The notes: generated from the sequence alone by a model not told the origin. DNA of 64,000 nt from Octopus bimaculoides (GCF_001194135.2 NC_069006.1:17773313-17837312); one strand, 5' to 3'. Shown: positions 38,051 through 49,733, counted from the stretch's first letter. Numbers and translations: made by a program.

Positions 38051-39203
38051 AATAATAATAATAATGATAATGTGTGTGTCTATGCATTTTCGGGGGATTT
38101 GTTTTTTTCCTGTCACAACACGCTATTGAATACATTGTGGCTTACTGCAAAGTTGAAAGGGTAAGCTGCTGTTCTATTGTATGCACATGAATATATGCAG
38201 CATGCACATGCGTGTTGCACAGAGATAACATACACAAGCATGTATTTATAAAGTAAATATGTGAAATGCACATGCAAGGATGCATGCATTTGTATACACA
38301 CACATAAATGTATGTATGTGTAAATGTGTCTGTGTTTATAAAAATGTGTATGTATATTGATGTGTGTGTGTGTGTGTGTGTGTTTTATTATATGTATAAA
38401 CTTAGATATAACATGACTGTTATGCTATTAGGAAGCTGTGAAGTAGAAAACTGGAACCATTATGAATCATAGGTGATATTATATGTTGAAGATACCCCCC
38501 CCCCNNNNNNNNNNCTATTTTTTTTGTGTGTGTCTCCATGGATGAGACTAGCAGCTGAATGAGGAGCTGATGGCTAGGGCTTTGCAACCTTGACCTGTCC
38601 ATCAGGAAATGGACAGGGTATGGATGATAGGGGTCACAGTAACATCCTGTCAAGTGAATCTTCAAAGTCTGATCTGATCTGATCTTCTCCACCCCCTACA
38701 CACACACACACACATCTTCAGTGGAGTGGCTGAGTGGAACGGTGGATCACGGTGATGAATTAATTGCTATTGTAGTTTGTTCTGTTGAAATAGAGCAGAT
38801 GCATGTCTAAGACCTTACACCAACAACATCACCAGCAGCATCATCAACAACAAGACCATGGGCCCATACTTGATCACTGGATTTACTAGAAATAGCAGAA
38901 TATCCTTATTACTATATAAAATGGGAAGTATACATTGGACAACCAGGTGTATAGGATATACAAAATGGCAGGATGGTCATAGCTGGAATACATTTGAACA
39001 CAGGTGTACTCAGTTTGGACTGACTCGTGGCTAAACAACTCTGTCAATGTTAGTCACTTTATGATGGTTATTACTATTATTATTTTGAAGGCAATGAGCT
39101 GGCAGAATTGCAGAATTTCCAAAACTTCACACCTTGTGCCTGTAGTTGAAAGGATTATTATTATTATTATTATTATTATTTTTATTATCATCATCATCAT
39201 CAT

Positions 39204-39568
39204 CTCCACCATAGCGAAGGCAGAGGTATTGTTTTCAGTCGTGTTTGTTTGTTTGTCTGTGGACAAGATATCTCAAGAACTGCTGGGTGGATTCAGATGA
39301 AACTTTCAGAGGTTGTTTGGCCTCATGACTGGCTCAAACTGATTAGATTTTGGGATCGATCTGATACCAGATAAGGATTCTGGATTATTTTTTTTCCTGT
39401 TTCTTTTACTTAATTTTTGAGAGCGGTCAGGTTCATTTTTAGTATTCTCGTTTGTGATGGCAGTCGAGTTTATTTCAGATATTCTCATTTTAGAAATCAT
39501 CTCTGGTTAATCGTTGAAAGGACATTGGTGTTGCCTTGGTGGAGGTTTGCGCTCTTTGAATGCTCTTG
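39204..39568 (+). mobile_element. Helentron-associated non-autonomous element (HINE/DINE-1-like)
   Basis: Subterminal inverted repeats CTCCACCA..AGGC and GCCTTGGTGGAG, a 5' (GTTT)n tract and a 3' GAGGTTTGCGCTCT hairpin end. Confidence 0.7.
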
Positions 39569-39589
39569 ATGTTATTATTATTTCTTCAG

Positions 39590-40250
39590 CATGCCGGGCA
39601 AAATGCTTAGCAGTATTTCACCTGTCCTTATATCCTACGTTCAAATTCCACCATGGTCCAGTTTCCCTTTCATCCTTTCAGAGTCAGTAAAGTACCAGTG
39701 AAACACTGGGGTCGATGTCATCAACTAGACCCCTTCCCCGCAAAATTTCAGGCCTTGTGCCCATGGTGGAAAGGATAATTATTATTATTATGGTTGCAGG
39801 CTGGGAGAATTGTTAGCACACCAGATGACAGATGAAATGCTAAGTGGTATTTTCGTTCATCTTTAGGATCTGAGTTAAAATTCCGCCAAGGTTGAATTTG
39901 GACTTTTGTCCTTTCAGGGTCAATATAATAGGTACTAGTTGAGCACTGAGACAGGGGGGGGGGTCAATGTAATCAACTTACCCACTGCCCTTGGGCCAAA
40001 ATTTAAATTTATACTCTAAGTAGTGGTGGGAAGGCAACTTACTTTATTGGATCTCTGTTCTATGTTCAGATGCTGCCAAGGTTGACTTGGCCTTTCATCC
40101 TTTCAGGGTCAATCAATTAAGTACCAGTTGAGTACTGGGGTTGATGTAGTCAACTAGCCCTCTCCGCCAAAATTTCAGACCTTATGCCTTTAGTAGAAAG
40201 GATTATTATTATTATTGTTATTATTGAAAGCAGCAAGCTGGCAGAATCTG
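39590..40250 (+). mobile_element. Array of three SINE family B copies
   Basis: Repeated bodies and (ATT)n tails. Confidence 0.85.
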
Positions 40251-40553
40251 GTGAGAATTGGTGATGGGAAGAGCGTCCAGTCATAGAAAATCTGCATTAA
40301 TAAACTCTTTTGGACCGATGCAAGTGTGGAAAAGAAAAGTAGATGCTACATGATGATGATCATAATATTTATATTGGAGTTGGTACACTTCACTCTAACT
40401 TCTTCTGTGGAAAGCTTGTTGTTGTGTCTAGCCATGAGAAACCATAGCAGAAAATTATAGTCTGAGATATTCCAAGATTTCCAAAAGAAAGAAAGACAAA
40501 ATTAATTCCAAACATTATTGAATGACTCAGATTTTCAACAATTCAAAGCAATT

Positions 40554-40594
40554 TTTACTATTCTTTATTTTTCTTCTTCTCTTTTTAGGTAAGT
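40554..40594 (+). other. Candidate recursive splice site (zero-length exon)
   Basis: tttactattctttatttttcttcttctctttttAG|GTAAGT: branch-like TTTAC, a long pyrimidine tract, and AG immediately followed by a perfect donor. Confidence 0.55.
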
Positions 40595-40994
40595 TCAATA
40601 GTTGTAACAGACGTTGGGTGGATATTTTACCATGGCTAACTGAATGGAACCAGTACCAGGTTTGACGGTTCTTTTGTAAACTATTTTAGTGTGTTGTCAT
40701 ATATATATATGTGTGTCTGTGGCCTAGAGGTCTGAAACACAGACCTGGAAATACAAGATCACAAAAAGAATGACCCGGGTTTAGATCCTGCTGGAGACAG
40801 GATTTTGGAAAGCAGTAGGGACACACGTAGGAGTTATGACCTGGATGGGCCTGGCTCCCATAGAGTACCAGGAATAAGGGCCAAAACACTTATTGGATGA
40901 GAGTTCTTCCACTGAAGATCTCTCCTGCTGTGTGCTTGCCTTACAGCAAGTTTCTGGTATATATATATATTTGGAAATGTGCTGTGCGTGAGAA

Positions 40995-41279
40995 GACCCG
41001 GCAAGCCAAGTAAGATCGTTGCCAGTGCCCCTGGACTGGTTCTTGTGCGGGTGGCACATGAGATGCACCATTTTGAGCGTGGCCGTTGCCAGTACTGCCT
41101 GACTGGCTCCTGTAGGATTTTCGAACGAGATCGTTGCCAGTGCCCCTGGACTGGCTTGTGCGGGTGGCACATAAAAGACACCATTTCGAGCGTGGCCGTT
41201 TTCGTGCGGGTGACACGTAAAAGCACCCACTACACTCTCTGAGTGGTTGGCGTTAGGAAGGGCATCCAGCTGTAGAAAC
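40995..41279 (+). mobile_element. Young family C retroposon 5' region with an internal ~115-bp direct repeat
   Basis: GATCGTTGCCAGTGCCCCTGGACTGG at 41014 and 41129. CpG-rich, and runs into a gap. Confidence 0.75.
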
Positions 41280-43163
41280 NNNNNNNNNNNNNNNNNNNNN
41301 NNNNNNNNNNNNNNNNNNNNNNNNNNNNNNNNNNNNNNNNNNNNNNNNNNNNNNNNNNNNNNNNNNNNNNNNNNNNNNNNNNNNNNNNNNNNNNNNNNNN
41401 NNNNNNNNNNNNNNNNNNNNNNNNNNNNNNNNNNNNNNNNNNNNNNNNNNNNNNNNNNNNNNNNNNNNNNNNNNNNNNNNNNNNNNNNNNNNNNNNNNNN
41501 NNNNNNNNNNNNNNNNNNNNNNNNNNNNNNNNNNNNNNNNNNNNNNNNNNNNNNNNNNNNNNNNNNNNNNNNNNNNNNNNNNNNNNNNNNNNNNNNNNNN
41601 NNNNNNNNNNNNNNNNNNNNNNNNNNNNNNNNNNNNNNNNNNNNNNNNNNNNNNNNNNNNNNNNNNNNNNNNNNNNNNNNNNNNNNNNNNNNNNNNNNNN
41701 NNNNNNNNNNNNNNNNNNNNNNNNNNNNNNNNNNNNNNNNNNNNNNNNNNNNNNNNNNNNNNNNNNNNNNNNNNNNNNNNNNNNNNNNNNNNNNNNNNNN
41801 NNNNNNNNNNNNNNNNNNNNNNNNNNNNNNNNNNNNNNNNNNNNNNNNNNNNNNNNNNNNNNNNNNNNNNNNNNNNNNNNNNNNNNNNNNNNNNNNNNNN
41901 NNNNNNNNNNNNNNNNNNNNNNNNNNNNNNNNNNNNNNNNNNNNNNNNNNNNNNNNNNNNNNNNNNNNNNNNNNNNNNNNNNNNNNNNNNNNNNNNNNNN
42001 NNNNNNNNNNNNNNNNNNNNNNNNNNNNNNNNNNNNNNNNNNNNNNNNNNNNNNNNNNNNNNNNNNNNNNNNNNNNNNNCTATATTTTGAATGAAGACTC
42101 CTTTTCACAACATCTTTCTAATGAAATGCACTGTTTATTTATTTCAATTAATTTTGAAAATAATCGAAAATTTGCAAAAATTTTGTAAAAAACAAAAAAA
42201 CAAAACAAAAAAAAAAACAAAGGAAAAAACCATTTTTCCCTTGATTAAAGGCAGCATTTGGAATGGTTCATTTGTTCTTAGGTCTAATTTTTTGCAAGCT
42301 AGTATGGCTTTGATAAGAATTCTTGTGGTTATATTGATGATCTTCTTAATACCAACCCTTTCTTGTTTCCAAGTGAGGTACTTATTCTGCAGGCCTGTGC
42401 ACATCGTTACTAAACTGCTAGACATATTACATGGAACATCAACAACACCACCACAGTCAAAACAATACCAGTGTAAGACATATACACACACAGACACACA
42501 CACACACATACAGCATTCTGTATACCTTATTTAGCATGAATAAACTATAGAAAGTCGCAAAACTGCAGTATTCATCATGAGAAAGCTTCTCGTGTAGATG
42601 TAGAGTGTTAAAAAATAAAAGTGTAGAAGTAGTAGTAGGTGACAAGAAGTGCTTTTTAGCACTATATGTTTGTCTATATGAGAAACTTTCTCAAGACAAA
42701 AACTGAAGTTTTGTGGCTTTCTATAGTATATCCACATTAAGTGATATATACACAATGTTATTTTTACCCATTATTCTTAACCAATACTGTTTCCATCATT
42801 AATAACACATTTTTACTCAACATGCCACATACATACACATAGACACACACACAAGCATATGTGTAGGTATGTAAATATATATATGTATGTATGTATGCAT
42901 ATATGTATGTGTATGTGCATGCATACAGACGTGATGTGTGCTTTTTCCATCTCTCAAATTTCACTCCTACGATAATGGTCAGCCTGAGTCTTCAATTACA
43001 GTTTCTTGCCTAATTTGCCATGCATTAGAAATGATCCCCAAACCACAAGGTTGCAAAGCAAAAGTCTTAGTCACACAACAATGAAATATATATATATATA
43101 TATATACTGGTGAAACTCAGAGTAACGGTTTTTATGTTATATTTCTGCTGCTTTTAAATAAAG

Positions 43164-43195
<32 letters not shown>

Positions 43196-43214
43196 CATAT
43201 ATATATCATGTTGG

Positions 43215-43525
43215 AGCAAATTGACCCCAGAGCTTATTCTTTGTAAGCGTCGTACTTATTCTGTCAGGGACGCAAACACACCAGCATCGGTTGTCAAGTG
43301 ATGCTGGGGGGACAAACAGACACACAAACATATACACACATACATATATATATATATATATACACATATACGACAGGCTTCTTCCAGTTTCCGTTTACCA
43401 AATCCACTCACAAGGCTTTTGTCTGCCCAAGGCTATTGTAGAAACACTTGCCCAAGGTACCACGCAGTGGGACTGAACCTGGAACCATGTGGTTGGTAAG
43501 CAAGCTATTTACCACACAGCCACTC
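43215..43525 (-). mobile_element. SINE family A, internally deleted
   Basis: Head ends at CACACAGCCACTC, abutting the Penelope-like piece. Confidence 0.85.
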
Positions 43526-43850
43526 GAAGAATTGGAAAATTCCACCTATTCCTGATTAACTTGTTGATATCTTTCCAACCTTATAATTTAAGGCCTTAGG
43601 AGGATAATTCTATTACCCTTTTTACTTTTTACATTTTAGTTTCTGTGTTTTGTAACCTTCTGCGTTTTCTGTATGCTACCGTCTCACTTTTTCCGCGTTT
43701 CTTCTCTTATTCAATTGGTTAAATTCATTATGATATGTGGTTTGTGCCTGATGAATATGTTTGAGATATTTCTCAACATATGAAACTATTAGTAACACTT
43801 AAAGACATGTATTGTGTCCTTTAAATAAATAATATTTATCTCTCACCAGA
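43526..43850 (+). mobile_element. Penelope-like element pseudo-LTR or 3' remnant
   Basis: T-rich 3'-UTR-like stretch, then a hammerhead motif, then AAATAAATAA. The class is inferred from the known PLE-hammerhead association. Confidence 0.5.
43744..43798 (+). ncRNA. Type I hammerhead ribozyme motif (HHR1)
   Basis: CUGAUGA at 43748-54, an 11-bp stem II, GAAA at 43782-85, a short stem III, a GUA cleavage triplet at 43792-94, and stem I GUGC/ACAC with one A-C mismatch. Confidence 0.75.
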
Positions 43851-44329
43851 TGTAGTACTCTGTTGAATTTTCTATCAAAGAACAGTACATTATATATATA
43901 TATATATAAAAGGTTTTACTTAGAATTAATCATGGAAATTTTTTTCTTTCTAATTAAATTATGAATACTTTCAAACAATTCATGCCCAGTTCTTTGTGTG
44001 AGCATATTTCTAATGAAGATACAGCATCTGTTTTGCAAGATGGGATTTAGTAAAATAACCCAGTTTTCTGTTATTTAAGATGTGTACTTGGCACCTAATT
44101 TAATAACGGTTTCTTTTACATAAGATTCTAATGGAAGGTTTTCATTTAAATATGAATACTTTCAAATGAGTTGTTGTTTTCTCTCATAGAAGCTTGAGTT
44201 GGAATCTCATGTGCGTTGTTATTAAGAGAGCTAATAGAGAGTTAGTTTTCGTTTTTAAATAAGAAAAAAAAATGGCGATTGTTTTAGTGTATATTTGTTG
44301 CAGTTTTTGGTAAAATTCCATTTATATAT

Positions 44330-44537
44330 ACTCTTTTACTTGTTTCAGTCATTTGACTGCGGCCATGCTGGAGCACCGCCTTTAGTTGAGCAAATCGACC
44401 CCAGGACTTATTCTTTGGAAGCCTAGTACTTGTTCTATCGGTCTCTTTTGCCGAACCACTAAGTTACGGGGACGTAAACACTCCAGCATCGGTTGTCAAG
44501 CGATGTTGGGGGGACAAACACAGACACATAAACATAC

Positions 44538-44600
<63 letters not shown>

Positions 44601-44765
44601 TACGACAGGCTTCTTTCAGTTTCCGTCTACCAAATCCACTCACAAGGCTTTGGTCGGCCCGAGGTTATAGTGGAAGACACTTGCCCAAGGTGCTATGCAG
44701 TGGGAATGAACCCGGAACCATGTGGTTGGTAAGCAAGCTACTTACCACACAGCCACTCCTGCGCC
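44330..44765 (-). mobile_element. SINE family A, full length and young
   Basis: Nearly identical to 13746-14167. Confidence 0.95.
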
Positions 44766-47700
44766 TATATATATATATCCAGCTGTAAAAACCATACCAA
44801 AGCAGACCTTGCCAGTGCTGGTGCCATGTAAAAAACACCCAGGCCACCCTGTAAAGTGGTTGGTGTGTTAGGAAGGGTATCCAGCTATAAAAACCATGCC
44901 TTAACTGACCTCTTTTATTCCACTTGTTGCTACATGTCAAACTGCTGACTCAGTGTCAAAATATACAGTAACACATGTCATTGAGACACACAAGCTCTCA
45001 CACTACAACAAGGGCCAGGCAATGTAACCTTCATGTATGCTCTGTGCTCTCAGTGGAGTATAGGCCATTGACCACTTTCCTCACCGGTTTTTGACTCTCA
45101 GGCCTTGTTGGTTTCAAATTGTCATTGACACTTTTGTAAGTTTCCTTTTTTCTCTAGGTAGGGATGTTGGCCCTAAGCAAACATTTTCTTTTTACCTCTG
45201 GGATGATGTGGTCTGCATTAATCTTGTCTCTTGATCTACTCAATGTAGCAGCTAACTGCAGGGGGAACTACACTACCTAGAAAGGGGGTTTCTGTGTTTT
45301 TTATTAATCCTCTCAGTAGCTGTTTAATTTGCATCAACAAAAATACTTCCTAAAGATTTTAAAATGAGGTTCCTATACTCTAAGTCATGCTTATTAGACA
45401 TCGTCTGCCCAATAGAGTTGGCCCTCCACTGCTAGCAATATAAATTTCAAATTTTGGCACAAGACCAGCAATTCTGGGGAAGGGTGTAAGTCAGTTACAT
45501 CAGCTTCAGTACTCAACTGATATTTAGTTTATCAACCTTGAAAGGATGATCTTGGCAGAATATGAACTCAAAATACGAAGATGGATGAATTACTGCTAAG
45601 CATTTTGTTCAGCATGCTAATGATTCTGCCAGCTTGTCACCTTACTACAAATATAAATTTAACATTTCATTCAATCAGCTGTCTTCATTTCTGTCTTGTA
45701 GTGGTGGCCACTCACCAAACACAAATTATTGCCCTACTCCGGTCTTCTCTGGATCACCTTAAAATGGGGTACAAAGTAACCAATTTTTATCTCAGTGTGT
45801 GTTTCTATCGATTGAGCATATATATACATCTGTATACATCATTCCAACAGTTGTTTATGGCCAAGATATTCTTTATAGGAAACCATTTCTTTTAAGAGCT
45901 TAACCTTTCACCGGTGGTAAATATTAAATGTAATGTATATATTTACTGCGCATTGATAAGATGCACTCTATCACCGCAGCATCAGCATGTGAATGCGGAC
46001 AGATAGTGCATTATTATAACAGCATTGTAGAGTAGAGCTGAGTTGGTGGGTGTTGTTGTTGTTATTGAAATGCTCTAAAATATCAGCTGCTGTGCACCAG
46101 CAAGTGCAAAACTCCAGCGCATATTGCATCTTGTTTGGCAAAGAGCAGAAGAAAAAAAACATATGAATTATAGAAAGAATTTGTGTTTTGATGTATTGCG
46201 TTGAAAATGGAGGGAGCAACCCTACCCTCCACCAATCATCACAACCACCATGTTGCTTGTAACCTCAGCCAACAAAGTAACCCTTGCCTGATGTCTCGGG
46301 TTGCTAGAAATACCAGTAAAATCTCCTCAAACTACACTAACAGTCTTCGAAGCGGGTGCTTTGGTTAATGTATTCGAAATTCGCTATATGTGGTAAAAAG
46401 GCGAGATGGTCACAACTGGAATGCTTTTGATCTTAGATCATCTTGTACAGGGTTAAGCTGGGAGTTATACAACAATCTTGTTGCTTGACCTGCTTTCAAA
46501 GAATGGAGAAAAATTTCTTGCAAATCAATCATAACATTGTTTTAAAAGGAGAAAAGCATGTTTAATGCAACCTTACTAAAAAGCTGTAAAGGTCATTGCC
46601 AGAATGCTGCTAATTGTAGATGCATGTGCTTGGTCAAAATTGACCTGGGGCTAAACCACAACAAATCTTATTAAAACAATATAGACCAGAATAACTTGGT
46701 ACTTTCTGCCAGCTTCCTGGAACTCTCTTCCTGCAGACATCAACATTTTTCTGTGCATTCATTTGCTTCTAATTAGAATACATTGGCCATAAGTGATAAC
46801 GATGATTATCAGGATCTTTCTGGAATTAGCATCATAATTAGGATAATTAAGAGAAAAAAAAGTGATGGTGTCAGAGAGAGGAGGGGGAAGAAAAAATTAA
46901 TAATCTGTTTGGTTTCTCTGCTGAGTTCTTCTCTTTATTTTAAAATTATTTTATGATTTAAATTATTTTTTTTATTAGTCTTATTTGTTAGCAGCATAAA
47001 TGAGAGAGATGTAATTTTTTTAAATATATATTTGACCATGTTATTTACTGGTCTAGAGAGATTGTTGTTTAGATTTAGGTCGGCCCTGACTGGAAAGACA
47101 TAATATGATCAAACGCATTCTAAATATGACCACCTCTCCTTTTCGGATGTTTCAAAGTGTAGAATTCTGTAGTGTATCCTCTTCCTTTTCAAGATGGTAG
47201 GCTGTGATTTGAGAGAGCTTCAGCTGTTATTTCTAGCAAGCCAAGCAACCATATAGTAGCTCCCTCACCGACAGGGTCAATAACTGTTGATCAACTCTAT
47301 TTCAGCAGACTTATATTCAAAGGCAATCCAATTATGACCATCCTATCTTTTACAGATCATCCATTTCAGTTGAGATCAGAGGTTCTTGAGGTCCATATAA
47401 GATTTTACTGTTAAAAATTCATCTGCAGGAAACTAGCCAACTTCCAATGAGTGGAGGCCTTTGTAGTAGAGAGAGGGGAGACAGCATGTTCTGTGGGCCA
47501 GTGTCTGGAGTGTGTCTCTCAGTGTCTTTATGCTAATCAATCAGGTGCCCCTTTTCAAGACAGGGTCAAGGATGTCTGTGTGTATGAAGGTGTGTCACTT
47601 ATTGCCTTAGGCTATTCAGCTCACAATTGTGAGTTCAGTTTCAGGCAGCAGCTTGTGTCCCCTAGCAAAACATTTTATTTCACACTGCTCCAGCCCACTC

Positions 47701-48820
47701 AGCTGGCAAAAGGGAGTTCCAAGGCTCATCAAGACACACCTAAGTTTTTATTTTCAGCAAAGAGACAAACACCTTGTTAGCTCCTAACCCACCCAAACCA
47801 ACATTGGAGCTTATTTCTTGCTTGACTTGCTTAAAATAGTAGCCAAATATCCCTCTAATATCTACCACTCTACTGTCTCAGTGAATGAAAGAACCATGCT
47901 GTGCTTGGGTTGCTAGAAATGGCAGCCAAATAACCACGTAGCATCTCTAAGAAAACACTAAAGGCAGGCTTAGATGCACCCACCATCCCCATTATAAAAC
48001 CTCTCAAAAAAAAAAAAAAAGTTGGAATGCCTTTACTCCTGGGGTCTCGCCTTTATGCACTCAATGTGTATATGTGTATATATATATATATATACACACA
48101 CACATATATACATACACACACATTTGTGTGTTTGTAATAGTGTTGGATTGTTTACGCCCCTGTAACTTGGTGGTTCGACAAAAGAAACCGATAGAATAAG
48201 TACCAGACTTTGTAAAACAAAGTATTGGTGGGGCTATGACCGCAGTCCAACGATCGAAACAAAAGATGAAAGCCGTATATACACATTGCATATACTGTTA
48301 ACATGTTCATATTACTTCCGCCCGCCTCCTCCTCTCCGTCTATTTTAGTATGTTAAAAGGAATAAACAACTGTGATGGTGGCAGCGGTGGTGGTGGTGGT
48401 GACAATATTTGTCTGACTGCGTGTCCGGTTTTCATTTGATTCCATAATGAGATTGCTATATTATCATTTCTGGCTCTTTACATTGGAGATAATCTGTAAT
48501 TAAATTTCTGTGGCGATGATGAAGTGCCAGTTTGGGGAAGGAGGGAGGGAGGGGTGGTAGGAGGCAATGTCAGTGAAGTAGTTGCTGTTGTTGTTGTTGT
48601 TAGTATTATTTTATTACTATTTCGCGGTTAAGTCAAAGGGTTAAAGATACTAAATGTCTGTTAGACGGCGTTTTAATGTTTCGCTTAGGCGTTGCGAAAT
48701 TGATAACCTGATGTAGAACTCAATATACGTATGTTTCAGAGCGAAGCGTTAGCCGGGTACAGAGTGGTAATAAGAAAGAGAAATGACAAAGGAATAAATG
48801 ATTATCTTATGAACTTCATT

Positions 48821-48901
48821 GGCTTACGGTTGTTTCTGCTGTAAGATGCAGTGGACTCGATCTTGAGTGCCGGAATAACACCTTACAGCTTCATCGGAGC
48901 C
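48821..48901 (-). ncRNA. Variant type I hammerhead ribozyme motif (HHR2)
   Basis: On the - strand: GGCU, CCGAUGA, A, GCUGUAAG..CUUACAGC, A, GAAA, CAACCG, UA, AGCC. Stems I (4 bp) and II (8 bp) are perfect; core U4 is C. Confidence 0.6.
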
Positions 48902-48944
48902 TCTTTACCATCTCAAATGTAAACGGTGTATATTTCATCGGATA

Positions 48945-49560
48945 TCTTTTACTAGTTTCAGTCATTGGACTGTAGCCATGCTGGAGCAGCGCCTTGAAAG
49001 ATTTCGTCCAGTATTTTTCAACCGTTTTTCTTTTTATACACATGTGAGCCCCTTTGGTTCCTAATTTGCTCTGGTAAAGCCTTCCCCAACTTCGCCATTT
49101 GATGTTTAAAAAATCCTATTATATTTTTAAATATTAGGAAATGTATAAACATAGTTGTTAAAATACACTATATATTGTAGAAATATAGCCAATTTATTGC
49201 AGATAAATTTTAGCAATAAAATCTTAAATGGACCTCCAAGGGCCATATCGGCCCCAACTTAGAACCACTGGTTTAGTTGAACAAATCAACCCCAGAACTT
49301 TTTTCGTTAAGCCTGGTACTTACTCTATTGCTCTGTTTTTTCCGAACTGCTAGGTTACAGAGACGTAAACAAACTAATGCCGGGTGTCAAGTGGTGGTGG
49401 GGGAAAATGCGCGCGCACACAGACATCAGGTTTCTTTCGGTTTCCATCTACCAAATCCTCTTCTCAACAAGGCTTTAGTCGGCCTAGGGTTATAATAGAA
49501 AACACTTGTCCAAGGCACCATTTAGTGGGACTGAACCCAGAACTATGAGGTTGGGAAGCA
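48945..49560 (-). mobile_element. SINE family A interrupted by a hAT MITE
   Basis: The SINE tail resumes at GTTTAGTTGAACAAATC after the MITE. Confidence 0.85.
49009..49270. mobile_element. hAT-like MITE (same family as 61687-62290, opposite orientation)
   Basis: Ends CAGTATTTTTCAACC and AGAACCACTG. Its reverse complement aligns with the 61687 element. Confidence 0.8.
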
Positions 49561-49569
49561 AACATCCCC

Positions 49570-49733
49570 GTGTGTATATTAAACGATCTGTATATAATTG
49601 GTATATATACATATATTAACGATCTGTATAAAAACGGTGTGTATATTAATGTTCTGTATATAAACGGATTATGTATCAATGATCTGTATATTAACGATCC
49701 GGACGTATATAAACGGCGTATATATTAACAATC

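Noticed and set aside
45985-46015. Similarity to miR-277
   Set aside because: The match lies outside the correct seed register and on the wrong arm. It is kept only as an unnamed hairpin.
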